DNA of 42,947 nucleotides from a virus: IMG/VR virus record IMGVR_UViG_3300045988_166496, positions 1 to 42,947 of that record; one strand, 5' to 3'. Shown piece by piece: positions 34,142 to 42,572 of this stretch (position 1 is its first letter; each line of letters starts with the position of its first letter). The notes under the pieces were generated by a model. It saw only the letters and a program-made list of their open reading frames with translations, ran no database searches and was not told where the DNA came from. The position numbers and the translations under genes were made by a program.

Positions 34142-34328
34142 TTAAACCTTTTAATTTACCTTCTTCTTTAAGTTTTTTAAATTGCTCAAACTCTTTTTCT
34201 TCTTCTATAAATTCTTGCATTTTGACTTGTAAAAAGGGGGATATACTAATTCCTTTTCTACAAGCATATTTATAAAATTCGTCATATAGTTCTTCTGGCA
34301 TTGTTACATTTATTCTCTTTAAAGTCAT
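34128..34328 (-). CDS. Ribbon-helix-helix (CopG/Arc-like) DNA-binding protein
   Basis: MTLKRINVTMPEELYDEFYKYACRKGISISPFLQVKMQEFI is a beta-strand followed by two helices. Confidence 0.7.
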   Translation of the reverse strand: MTLKRINVTMPEELYDEFYKYACRKGISISPFLQVKMQEFIEEEKEFEQFKKLKEEGKLKGLIDTE

Positions 34329-34390
34329 ATCCTTACACCCCTTTTTTATATGAGTGTAAGGGATTTATGACTTTATCGCAACACACACAA

Positions 34391-34440
34391 AGGTGTGTAA
34401 GTGTGTGTAAAGGTGTATAAGTGTGTGTAAATGTACACAA
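34391..34440. repeat. Five head-to-tail 10-mers with GTGTGTAA once per helical turn (operator array upstream of the RHH gene)
   Basis: aggtgtgtaa gtgtgtgtaa aggtgtataa gtgtgtgtaa atgtacacaa. Additional TTACAC/GTGTAA copies at 34331-34338 and 34354-34361 flank the RBS. Confidence 0.8.
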
Positions 34441-34465
34441 AATTTTTAAATTGCGAACCTATGAA

Positions 34466-36688
34466 TTAACTATCCCACTCTCCATATTTAAACTCAGAGA
34501 TTTTTAATATATTAGTTTCATAAGCTATAACAATGTATGGTGTAGTTTTATTAGGAGCAGAAGTAGGTGTATTAGTTGGTTCATTTCCAATACCTGTGGC
34601 ATTAGGTAAATAATAAGCGTTTAGTTTTCCTAACGCGTAATTATTATCCCAAGCATTGCAACTGTATTCTGTTCCATCTATTTTTAATTTATATTCACCT
34701 GCATTATAATTAACTTCTATTTCATGTACACCATAAAAATCGGCTTTAGGAACACTATAGGTATTATTACCTTTTGAATTATTTGCAACGATAGAAGCAC
34801 TATAAGAAGATAAACCATGTAATTTATTATCTGAATCAACAATACCTATAGCAAAATCATGAGTTTGTATAGCACATTTTATATATATACCAAAATTAGA
34901 TTTAGTTGGGTGTAAGGTATTAAATGTTTTCATTAATTGACCTTTAGTTGCTTCACCTGTTGATTTGTAATTGTTATATAAATACATATTACCATAAAAA
35001 GGTGAATTTTTAGCAAGATATAATTTATCAGAAGAAGTATCAGACCATTCAAAAGTGTAAACAATTTGTCCTGTAGGAGGAGGAACATCACTTCCTTGTA
35101 TTTTAGATAGTGCATATTGAAGTGTAGCTATAGTCGTATCTCTTTTATTTAATTCGTTCATAAAATACTTATAAAGATAATTTGCATCAGTACTAAATGC
35201 AACTGAATTAAACGTTTTAACAGGTGTAAAATTTAAATTAGTTGATATTCTTGCAAAACGATGAACAGCTTTATCATATGCAGTAGAACTACCTTTAGGC
35301 AAATCAAAAAACATTAATAAACCTTCTCTATTATTAGGATTATATGCAAAGCCAGGTGCTCCAAAATCAGCAGATATTAATGTAGCACTATTAGGATAAT
35401 CTGCTTGTGAATTTATTACAGGTCTATCATATGTCCAATTATCATTAAGAGCGTCTTTTATAGTTGCATAATAATGATTTATTTGACCACAACAACCTTT
35501 TTCAGTATATAAAGTTAAATAAGCATAATATCTACTAGCAACAAATAAATGTATTATATCATCTTCAATATAATAACAACAATCTGATGCGTTCATATTT
35601 GTTATCGTAGTTGAATCATTAACAGTAGTCCATGTAACACCATTATCTTCTGAAATTGAATAACAAGCAGGTTGTGCAACAGTACTAGAAGAACTATTTT
35701 GACCATTACCTGAAACACTCTTTCTTATAATAGCTATTATTTTATTAGTATTAGGAATTAATATAAAACAAGGTTCATCAGGAGGTGCTGAAAAATGATT
35801 TACACTTAATGTAACATCATTCCATGTAACACCCTTATCGTCTGAATATGTCATATACATTTTAGTTCCATTACCATTATAACTATCATTACCAGTAATC
35901 AATCTACCATTATGAGCTTTATATATTCCCCACCCTTTTGGGCATAAAGGTGTTATACCATTTGAATAAGTATTAGTTTTTCTCCATGTAGCACCATTAT
36001 CGGTAGAAATTATTCTGTGATATTTAATAGAACCAGTCGAATCATCATAAAAATAATATAAGTAAGTATTATCATCTAATATCGTAAATAATGTTGAAGG
36101 GTGAATATCAACGGTTACTAAAGTAGTTCCATCACTTTCATAAACAACCAAATCTTTTGATTCACCTACTTCGTAAGTATCTGCATCAATTTTAAACATT
36201 CTAGTTGTACCATTCGGTTTACTATCTAAATGACCAGTAGACATATATTGCATAACTATAAATTTGTTTTCTTTTTGCGAATATTGTATTGAAGTAGGAC
36301 ACCAACCTCTAAAATCATATGTTTCTGTATTAGAATGTATCTCACCTAAATCTTGAGATTGAACACAATAATTCCCATTAATAGTTTCAGAACTAGAACT
36401 TTGTGGCAATTCTACAGTTGTTATTTGTTCTCCGTTATTTAATAATTTTAACGTTTGTCCATTCACACTCATAGTTATTTTAGAAAGGTCAACATTAGTA
36501 GGTAATTCAACTCCATCTCCTATAAGTGTTCCATTTTGCTTTTTAATATATATTTTTCCATCTGTTCCTTTTGCAAGTGAATAGTTCGCAATATCTTTAT
36601 ATTGCGAACTAAGTTTTTCTATATCTTCACGCGCCTTTGTATCATGTATAGCTCTTTTATTTATACTTTTTATATCTGTTTCTGCCAC
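34466..36688 (-). CDS. Tail fibre / receptor-binding protein with a BNR (Asp-box) sialidase-like beta-propeller
   Basis: Three Asp-boxes: STDNGATW, SDDKGVTW and SEDNGVTW. 740 aa. It is the last structural gene. Confidence 0.75.
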   Translation of the reverse strand: MAETDIKSINKRAIHDTKAREDIEKLSSQYKDIANYSLAKGTDGKIYIKKQNGTLIGDGVELPTNVDLSKITMSVNGQTLKLLNNGEQITTVELPQSSSSETINGNYCVQSQDLGEIHSNTETYDFRGWCPTSIQYSQKENKFIVMQYMSTGHLDSKPNGTTRMFKIDADTYEVGESKDLVVYESDGTTLVTVDIHPSTLFTILDDNTYLYYFYDDSTGSIKYHRIISTDNGATWRKTNTYSNGITPLCPKGWGIYKAHNGRLITGNDSYNGNGTKMYMTYSDDKGVTWNDVTLSVNHFSAPPDEPCFILIPNTNKIIAIIRKSVSGNGQNSSSSTVAQPACYSISEDNGVTWTTVNDSTTITNMNASDCCYYIEDDIIHLFVASRYYAYLTLYTEKGCCGQINHYYATIKDALNDNWTYDRPVINSQADYPNSATLISADFGAPGFAYNPNNREGLLMFFDLPKGSSTAYDKAVHRFARISTNLNFTPVKTFNSVAFSTDANYLYKYFMNELNKRDTTIATLQYALSKIQGSDVPPPTGQIVYTFEWSDTSSDKLYLAKNSPFYGNMYLYNNYKSTGEATKGQLMKTFNTLHPTKSNFGIYIKCAIQTHDFAIGIVDSDNKLHGLSSYSASIVANNSKGNNTYSVPKADFYGVHEIEVNYNAGEYKLKIDGTEYSCNAWDNNYALGKLNAYYLPNATGIGNEPTNTPTSAPNKTTPYIVIAYETNILKISEFKYGEWDS
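36583..36610. repeat. Perfect 28-bp palindrome with 11-6-11 geometry: AGTTCGCAATA-TCTTTA-TATTGCGAACT
   Basis: Read directly from the sequence. It lies inside the codons SSQYKDIAN of the BNR fibre gene. Confidence 0.9.
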
Positions 36689-37185
36689 TATTTATCCCCT
36701 CCTATTTCTATATCTCCTGTTTCTTCGTTAAAACTACTATTACTTATACTTAAGTCTCCTGTTTCTTCATCAAACCATATTTTTACTTTATCCTCTTTTT
36801 CAACTTCTTTAATAAGATCATCAATAACCTCATACATAAATTTACTTGGTGTTACTATTTGTTCTGTAGTTGTTTCATCTTTTACTTTCAACTGGCAATA
36901 ATATTTTCCAACTATATCTTTAGCTTCTTTTTTTAAATCACAATAAAATAGACCTGGCTCTTCTTCTTGAGTCAAGTCTATTTTTATTGTATTACCATCA
37001 GGCTTAAGTATATATAATTCATTCTTACAGTCAGATAAATCTATTTCTTTATCATCTTTAGTTATTTTCATAAAAAAATCACTTGTTTCTTTATCAGAAA
37101 TACAAAATTGCATTTCTATAGAATTAAACTTTTTATTTGTAAGATCTAAACAAATAGTCTTATATCCTTTATCTATCTTAGACAT
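36688..37185 (-). CDS. BppU-N-like baseplate/fibre adaptor protein
   Basis: ...ELYILKPDGNTIKIDL...GLFYCDLKKEAKDIVGKYYCQLKV...PSKFMYEVIDD. The C-terminus carries DEETGDLSI and NEETGDIEI motifs. Confidence 0.55.
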   Translation of the reverse strand: MSKIDKGYKTICLDLTNKKFNSIEMQFCISDKETSDFFMKITKDDKEIDLSDCKNELYILKPDGNTIKIDLTQEEEPGLFYCDLKKEAKDIVGKYYCQLKVKDETTTEQIVTPSKFMYEVIDDLIKEVEKEDKVKIWFDEETGDLSISNSSFNEETGDIEIGGDK

Positions 37186-37197
37186 ATAATCTTCCTT

Positions 37198-37235
37198 TCT
37201 ATGCTGTTCTTGCTAATCTATGCTGTTCTTGCTAA
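37198..37235. repeat. Perfect 19-bp tandem duplication (tctatgctgttcttgctaa, two copies) at a gene boundary
   Basis: The copies are at 37198-37216 and 37217-37235. One encodes the C-terminal LARTA* of the upstream gene. The other is intergenic, next to the following RBS. Confidence 0.9.
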
Positions 37236-38627
37236 CTTAGGTTTCCATGTATAACCTGTACTGTCTTTTGTTGCTGAGACATAAATATAAACATAAATAC
37301 TTTCAATGTCTTTTGATATTGTAAACGTAACACCATCTCCATTATCCCAAGCTAAAGTATCTCCATTTGTATTTTTTACTACTAATCCCCATGTTTCTCC
37401 AGATGTAGTATCTGTTCTTTTAGGGCATCCAGTCAGTTTATACGTCCCTTTTTTTAGATATGTTACATAACTTTTACTTGTTAAATAAAATGTTGTTCCA
37501 TCGCTTGGCTGTCCTGTTGTTTCTATATTTCCGTTACTACTTACTTTAAATTTCATCCCATTTAATGTATTTGTCCCTAATCCTCCTGAATGGTATGTAG
37601 TATTAAGTAAATTTATATTGGAATCAACTTCGCTTACATTGTTTCTTGGTGTGTAATCTGGTCTTGCTATAAATACTATATCATTTCGTGTCGTTGACTT
37701 AGTTCTTATGCACACATTCTCATGACTTGTTACGTTATAGTATTCATAATAAGTTACTTCCCCAGCACTATTTTTTTGCATAAACCCTTCTTCTGCTACT
37801 ATACCAACATGACTTATATTTTTAAACCTATTATTTATATGGTAACTTCCATCATCATATTTAGCAGCATGAAAAGTTAAATCGCCTGGTCTTATATCTT
37901 TTGGATCTATAACTCTTCCAGCACACCAAAAGAATTCAGCTAAATCAGCAGCATATCTTATTCTTCCAGTAGAAAAGTATTTAACTAATTGTTCTAAAAG
38001 GCAACTAAATTCACTTCCTATAGCTTTTATACTCTTAGGGTCTATTGTCTTATTATTTCCTGTAACTCCTTGGAATACCGAGCTATTAAAAGGAATTTTT
38101 AATAATGTATGTATTATATAAGTAGAACAATCTAATAAACATTTCCCACTTGCATTTGTTAGATTACCTTCAAATACTGAATTACCTCCACTATATGCAA
38201 GTTGTACTTGATTTGCTATCCTTGCATCCCAGTAACTTCGTGCAATTTGTACATATTCATTAGCATATTTACCGGACCATGGAATTTTACCATAATTTAT
38301 ATCTACTACTGCATCTGCAGTTCCTCTAACACCAAGTACATAATTCCCGCTACCTCTACCTCTTGCAATATTATTTGCTACTAAATTTGTATCTCCCTTT
38401 ATTACCATATCTCCTTGTAAATATTGGTCTCCTTCTATTATCGTGTCTGTATTAGATGGATATATTGTTTCTCCTTGCTTTATGTTTATTTTTCCTGTCG
38501 TATTATCATTTATATAAGCTAGTTTACTAATCTCATTTGCAAAAGTAGAAGGTTTCATTTTTTCTGTTTTACCTTTTATTACTCTAATGGAATTTGCTAT
38601 CTTCGTTAGTTCTGCTACTAAATCCAT
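37218..38627 (-). CDS. Fibre/baseplate protein with an internal NlpC/P60-like cysteine peptidase signature
   Basis: ...GKCLLDCSTYIIH... (Cys motif) and ...IRPGDLTFHAAK...ISHVGIVAEEG (His motif). The C-terminus looks like a beta-rich binding domain. Confidence 0.55.
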   Translation of the reverse strand: MDLVAELTKIANSIRVIKGKTEKMKPSTFANEISKLAYINDNTTGKINIKQGETIYPSNTDTIIEGDQYLQGDMVIKGDTNLVANNIARGRGSGNYVLGVRGTADAVVDINYGKIPWSGKYANEYVQIARSYWDARIANQVQLAYSGGNSVFEGNLTNASGKCLLDCSTYIIHTLLKIPFNSSVFQGVTGNNKTIDPKSIKAIGSEFSCLLEQLVKYFSTGRIRYAADLAEFFWCAGRVIDPKDIRPGDLTFHAAKYDDGSYHINNRFKNISHVGIVAEEGFMQKNSAGEVTYYEYYNVTSHENVCIRTKSTTRNDIVFIARPDYTPRNNVSEVDSNINLLNTTYHSGGLGTNTLNGMKFKVSSNGNIETTGQPSDGTTFYLTSKSYVTYLKKGTYKLTGCPKRTDTTSGETWGLVVKNTNGDTLAWDNGDGVTFTISKDIESIYVYIYVSATKDSTGYTWKPKLARTA

Positions 38628-39013
38628 TAATACTCACCTTCCCATATTGCTTCAACATCTGTATCTGTCCCTGGAGATGAAGATCCACTCGATGTTATAG
38701 ATAAATCTCCTGTCTCCTCGTCATATTTTACATCTAGTCCACCACTTGGAGTTTCTCCACTTCCACCACTTCCTCCATTAGTAATTTGAAAAACTGTTTT
38801 TGTATTGTCAGTATATGTTATTGTATAAGTATCAACTAATCCATTTGTATTAGTCTTTTCAAAAGATACTATACCTCGTCCATCAGTCCCAGGTACTCCG
38901 CCTTTTTCTTCTATTTCTTGTATCAGTTTTTCAAATGCTGTTACAATTTCATCTCTTATATCTGAACAAAATTTATCCTTTTTTATTTCTGTTAGATATC
39001 CTTTAAGATCCAT
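38627..39013 (-). CDS. Small fibre-associated protein (128 aa) with a Gly-rich linker and a DEETGDLSI motif
   Basis: GVPGTDGRGI...GGSGGSGETPSGGLDVKYDEETGDLSITSSGSS. Confidence 0.55.
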   Translation of the reverse strand: MDLKGYLTEIKKDKFCSDIRDEIVTAFEKLIQEIEEKGGVPGTDGRGIVSFEKTNTNGLVDTYTITYTDNTKTVFQITNGGSGGSGETPSGGLDVKYDEETGDLSITSSGSSSPGTDTDVEAIWEGEY

Positions 39014-39026
39014 GTTTTTCTCCTTT

Positions 39027-39428
39027 CTAATAACCTATTGCACACATTTTCATCGTTATATCTCCTTTTAGTTGTACTTTATTCGCATGTCTAACAGACA
39101 ATAGGCAACTTTCTTTTGTTTTCGGAGTTGAGTTAACAATAAGACAGTTTCTATCATTATTCGAGATAGCTCCTCCAAATACGGCTGTACATTGATTTGG
39201 AAAGGGTGTTTTGAATTGATATTCTTTTTCTATATACCAATTTTCAGTAGTTGTTGGTGGTTTATATGTCACTTCAAATGTTTTTATTATCATTCCACCT
39301 ACTAACTTTACACTACAATTATCACTATTCAAAACATTATCTTCATCATTTATTGTCACATCATTTATATTTGTTTTACCTCCATTTATGTTTTCGAATT
39401 TTGCTCCTTTCCTAACATTTATGTCCAT
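39027..39428 (-). CDS. Hypothetical virion protein (133 aa)
   Basis: ORF in the tail module. Confidence 0.5.
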   Translation of the reverse strand: MDINVRKGAKFENINGGKTNINDVTINDEDNVLNSDNCSVKLVGGMIIKTFEVTYKPPTTTENWYIEKEYQFKTPFPNQCTAVFGGAISNNDRNCLIVNSTPKTKESCLLSVRHANKVQLKGDITMKMCAIGY

Positions 39429-39442
39429 AATACTCCTCCTTC

Positions 39443-41203
39443 CTAAAATCCATTCTTATGTAAAGCTTTTATTAAAGCAGGGTAATCGACATAACCTCTG
39501 TCGGCATCAGCCTTATTTGATATACCAGATATAGTGTCATATCCATATTGCCATATACCATAATCACTCTTAGTCCATGATGGTTTTTTCACGTTATAAT
39601 GAGCTATCCATATCGGGTAACCTTTTATATCAGAGAAATTTATATAATTATCAAACCAGTCTGGATTACCGTATATACCAGGATAATATCCTGCTTCAGA
39701 TAACATTGTACAGAATGTTGTCATATAGTTTGTTAAAACTGTTTTTCCTGGGTTTTTACTCTTATAATTTGGATATGTCCCTTGATTTTTCAAAGAGTCA
39801 TACTCTTGGTCAAAATAAATAGGATAACTAAATGTTCCTCCTGCATATTCATTTAATTTTTTTATTACCCAATTTGCCTCAGCTTTTAATTTTGTTAAGC
39901 TGCTTGCATAACTAAAGAAATAAACTCCTATATTTATACCTGCTGCTTTAGCGCCTTTTACATTATTTACGAATTGTTTGTCTAAAACACCTCCACTGCT
40001 TTGTCTTGAACCATAACCAATTCTAATTATTGCAAATTTTACACCCGCATTTTTAACCTTAGTCCAGTTTATATCGCCATTATGATGACTTACATCTATA
40101 CCTAATACAGGATTATTCTTATCTATTACATAATCTTTATTATCATCTTCGCCTGTTTGTGCATCATCTTTGCCAGTAACAGTAGTTATATTAGTATATT
40201 CACCATTTACATAGGCTACTTTTCCGTTATAATCTACTTTTATCCAACTTGAATTAGTGTATTCTTCTAGTATCATAAATCTATAACCTTTATAAACATA
40301 AGCGATTTGAGTATATGTTGTTCCTGGACCACTTCTAACCTTTAGTCCTGATGATTTTACTGTCGCTATTTTTGATGTTGTTGTTACGATATTTCCTATT
40401 ACTGCGTTTCCGTATGTCATTCCGAATTTATTTGCCTCTGTTTCATTTTTCATGCATAAATCAAATATATATGTTCCGTCTGATTTTACCATTATTGCAT
40501 TTCCTCTGTCTGTAACAGTAAATATCTTTCCATCTAACTCTGTTCCAGTATCTTTTACTAATACTTTACTTCCTAATACAACAGAACTTGGTGCAGCACA
40601 AGTCAACTCATCTGGATAACCAATTAGTTTATTACCCATACAATCTGTTGGGCCACCTTGTCCTGGTTCATCTGGCCAATATACACTATATATAGCTTTC
40701 TTTGTTTCTCCAGTTACAGTTACAACATCACCTTCATCTGGTTTTGGTTTTGGATCTAATTCACCTTCATCAGGATTCGGTGGTGTTACTGGTGTATCAT
40801 CTTCTTTTTTATCGTCATCCGTACATGGAATCCATAGTTTTACTTTTTCACTTGTAGGTTCTTCTGGTTCTGTACTTATTTCATCATATATCCCATCGTC
40901 TAAATCTTTTACTATCTTCTTAACCATTAATTCAATAGCATCTAGTCTTTTAGGTAATGTTTCATATATTGTTCCATCACTACAAGTTCTTGCAGCTATA
41001 ACCTCTATATCTGTATGTCCATCTTGAAGAATTATTTTTTCAAATGTATTTCCTAGGCAGTCTTGTCTATAAGATAAATCTTCAGTCTTTTCATTCATAG
41101 CTTCAATCGAATTAGCTATACTATCTCTAACGTCTATACCTAGTACAGCTTGTCTTATGTCAATTACTATCTCTTTTATCTTTTCATATAATTTACTAGG
41201 CAT
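39443..41203 (-). CDS. Virion-associated multi-domain peptidoglycan hydrolase (3D/DPBB-like + SH3 + GH25 muramidase)
   Basis: AAPSSVVLGSKVLVKD...GKIFTVTDRGNAI...IFDL (3D-like). VKSSGLKVRSGPGTTYTQIAYVYKGYRF (SH3). GIDVSHHNGDINWTKVKNAGVKFAIIRIGYG...GVYFFSYA...YFDQEYD (GH25). Confidence 0.75.
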   Translation of the reverse strand: MPSKLYEKIKEIVIDIRQAVLGIDVRDSIANSIEAMNEKTEDLSYRQDCLGNTFEKIILQDGHTDIEVIAARTCSDGTIYETLPKRLDAIELMVKKIVKDLDDGIYDEISTEPEEPTSEKVKLWIPCTDDDKKEDDTPVTPPNPDEGELDPKPKPDEGDVVTVTGETKKAIYSVYWPDEPGQGGPTDCMGNKLIGYPDELTCAAPSSVVLGSKVLVKDTGTELDGKIFTVTDRGNAIMVKSDGTYIFDLCMKNETEANKFGMTYGNAVIGNIVTTTSKIATVKSSGLKVRSGPGTTYTQIAYVYKGYRFMILEEYTNSSWIKVDYNGKVAYVNGEYTNITTVTGKDDAQTGEDDNKDYVIDKNNPVLGIDVSHHNGDINWTKVKNAGVKFAIIRIGYGSRQSSGGVLDKQFVNNVKGAKAAGINIGVYFFSYASSLTKLKAEANWVIKKLNEYAGGTFSYPIYFDQEYDSLKNQGTYPNYKSKNPGKTVLTNYMTTFCTMLSEAGYYPGIYGNPDWFDNYINFSDIKGYPIWIAHYNVKKPSWTKSDYGIWQYGYDTISGISNKADADRGYVDYPALIKALHKNGF

Positions 41204-42572
41204 TGCTTCCTCCTTTCAATTCATCTATTTGTTTTTGTAGCTTAGTAAAATTCTCATTTATTTCTTTTAAATTTCTATTATAAGTATTTACCTCTACATA
41301 ACTACCTTCTTTATTTTGTATTGTCTCTATTTCTTTTACATTTTTATCTATCTTCTTTTCTATTTGTTGCATTTGTTTTTTTACTTCATTTATATTGCTA
41401 TTCACTGATGCTAAATTAGCTTCCACATTTTTAGTTTTTTCTTTATCTTTATAGTACTCATTTATATTAAATTGCTTATCTCCAAGTGATACACTACTTT
41501 GTTGTGGATTATCTATATTTATTGTTTTTTCAATTATCCTAACTTTGGATTCTATCTCTAACAAATCATTTTTTATTTTATAATAATTTCCAACCTTAAA
41601 TGAGTCTATATCTAATCCTATTAAACTTAAGTCTAATGCACTTATTGTATTGTTTACATTTAATTTAAGTGAGCTTATATATTCTTTTCCTTTACTTAAC
41701 AGGTTAGATGCCTCTGTAACATCGTCATAAGCTATAACACCTTCTATTATTCCGTACTTTGTTACAGCTTCTTCATAGTCTAGATAATCTTTTCCATTGT
41801 TTACGGATTTTATAGTTAAACGTTCTTCTGTATCTTCTTCTTTGCCACTTGAATCTTTTTTCTTTAATTTTGCTCCTAGAACTTTTATTCTAGTATAAAA
41901 ACCATCTACATCTGGTTTTTCACTTATACTCTTCATGTTATAACCAAGTTTTATTTCAGTGGTTGAATCTTCTCCAATTTCTGTTAAATAATCTAAATAT
42001 CTCTCATCGCCATTTTCATCATATCTTAATGTAATCTCTCCACCAAAAACATCTATAAGATCTGTTTTTATATTTTCCCATGTACTTTTATAATTAGTAT
42101 ATTTATATATACTGTCATTTTTATCTTTTACAGTTACATTACCAAGTTTAATCTTTTTACTTTCTTCTAATTTAGAATTATGTACATCCAATAATGTTTT
42201 TAAGTATTGTTGAATTGTAATATTGTGATATTCTCCATAATCCTGCATAGAATCCACTAAAAATGCTAATTCACTTTCACAAGTAACTTTCTTTCCACAT
42301 ATTCCACTTTCATCCATGTATTTTTCTGGTGGCAATGCTCTTCCTATAAATTCAAATTTATTAGTTTTTACATTTAGCACTTTTATTCTTGTTTTAAATG
42401 GATTAATCTTATAAAAGCCTTCGTTCTCCATATAAATAGTAAAGGTGAAACTATCAAAGCTATTTATACCTTGTTTAATAGTTCCACCTATTATTTTATT
42501 TTCTTGGTTATCTGTACTTACTGTATTTATTTTAATTTCTTCATTATCATTAATTATTGTAACTAAATACAT
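41196..42572 (-). CDS. Tail-associated lysin-position protein (Tal; prophage tail endopeptidase family-like N-terminus, coiled-coil C-terminus)
   Basis: A 458-aa ORF immediately after Dit. Its ATG overlaps the Dit stop. Confidence 0.65.
   Translation of the reverse strand: MYLVTIINDNEEIKINTVSTDNQENKIIGGTIKQGINSFDSFTFTIYMENEGFYKINPFKTRIKVLNVKTNKFEFIGRALPPEKYMDESGICGKKVTCESELAFLVDSMQDYGEYHNITIQQYLKTLLDVHNSKLEESKKIKLGNVTVKDKNDSIYKYTNYKSTWENIKTDLIDVFGGEITLRYDENGDERYLDYLTEIGEDSTTEIKLGYNMKSISEKPDVDGFYTRIKVLGAKLKKKDSSGKEEDTEERLTIKSVNNGKDYLDYEEAVTKYGIIEGVIAYDDVTEASNLLSKGKEYISSLKLNVNNTISALDLSLIGLDIDSFKVGNYYKIKNDLLEIESKVRIIEKTINIDNPQQSSVSLGDKQFNINEYYKDKEKTKNVEANLASVNSNINEVKKQMQQIEKKIDKNVKEIETIQNKEGSYVEVNTYNRNLKEINENFTKLQKQIDELKGGSNA

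Noticed and set aside
34933-35115. 60-aa minus-strand ORF nested in another frame of the BNR fibre gene
   Set aside because: It is fully contained in a strongly supported 740-aa CDS and has no RBS.
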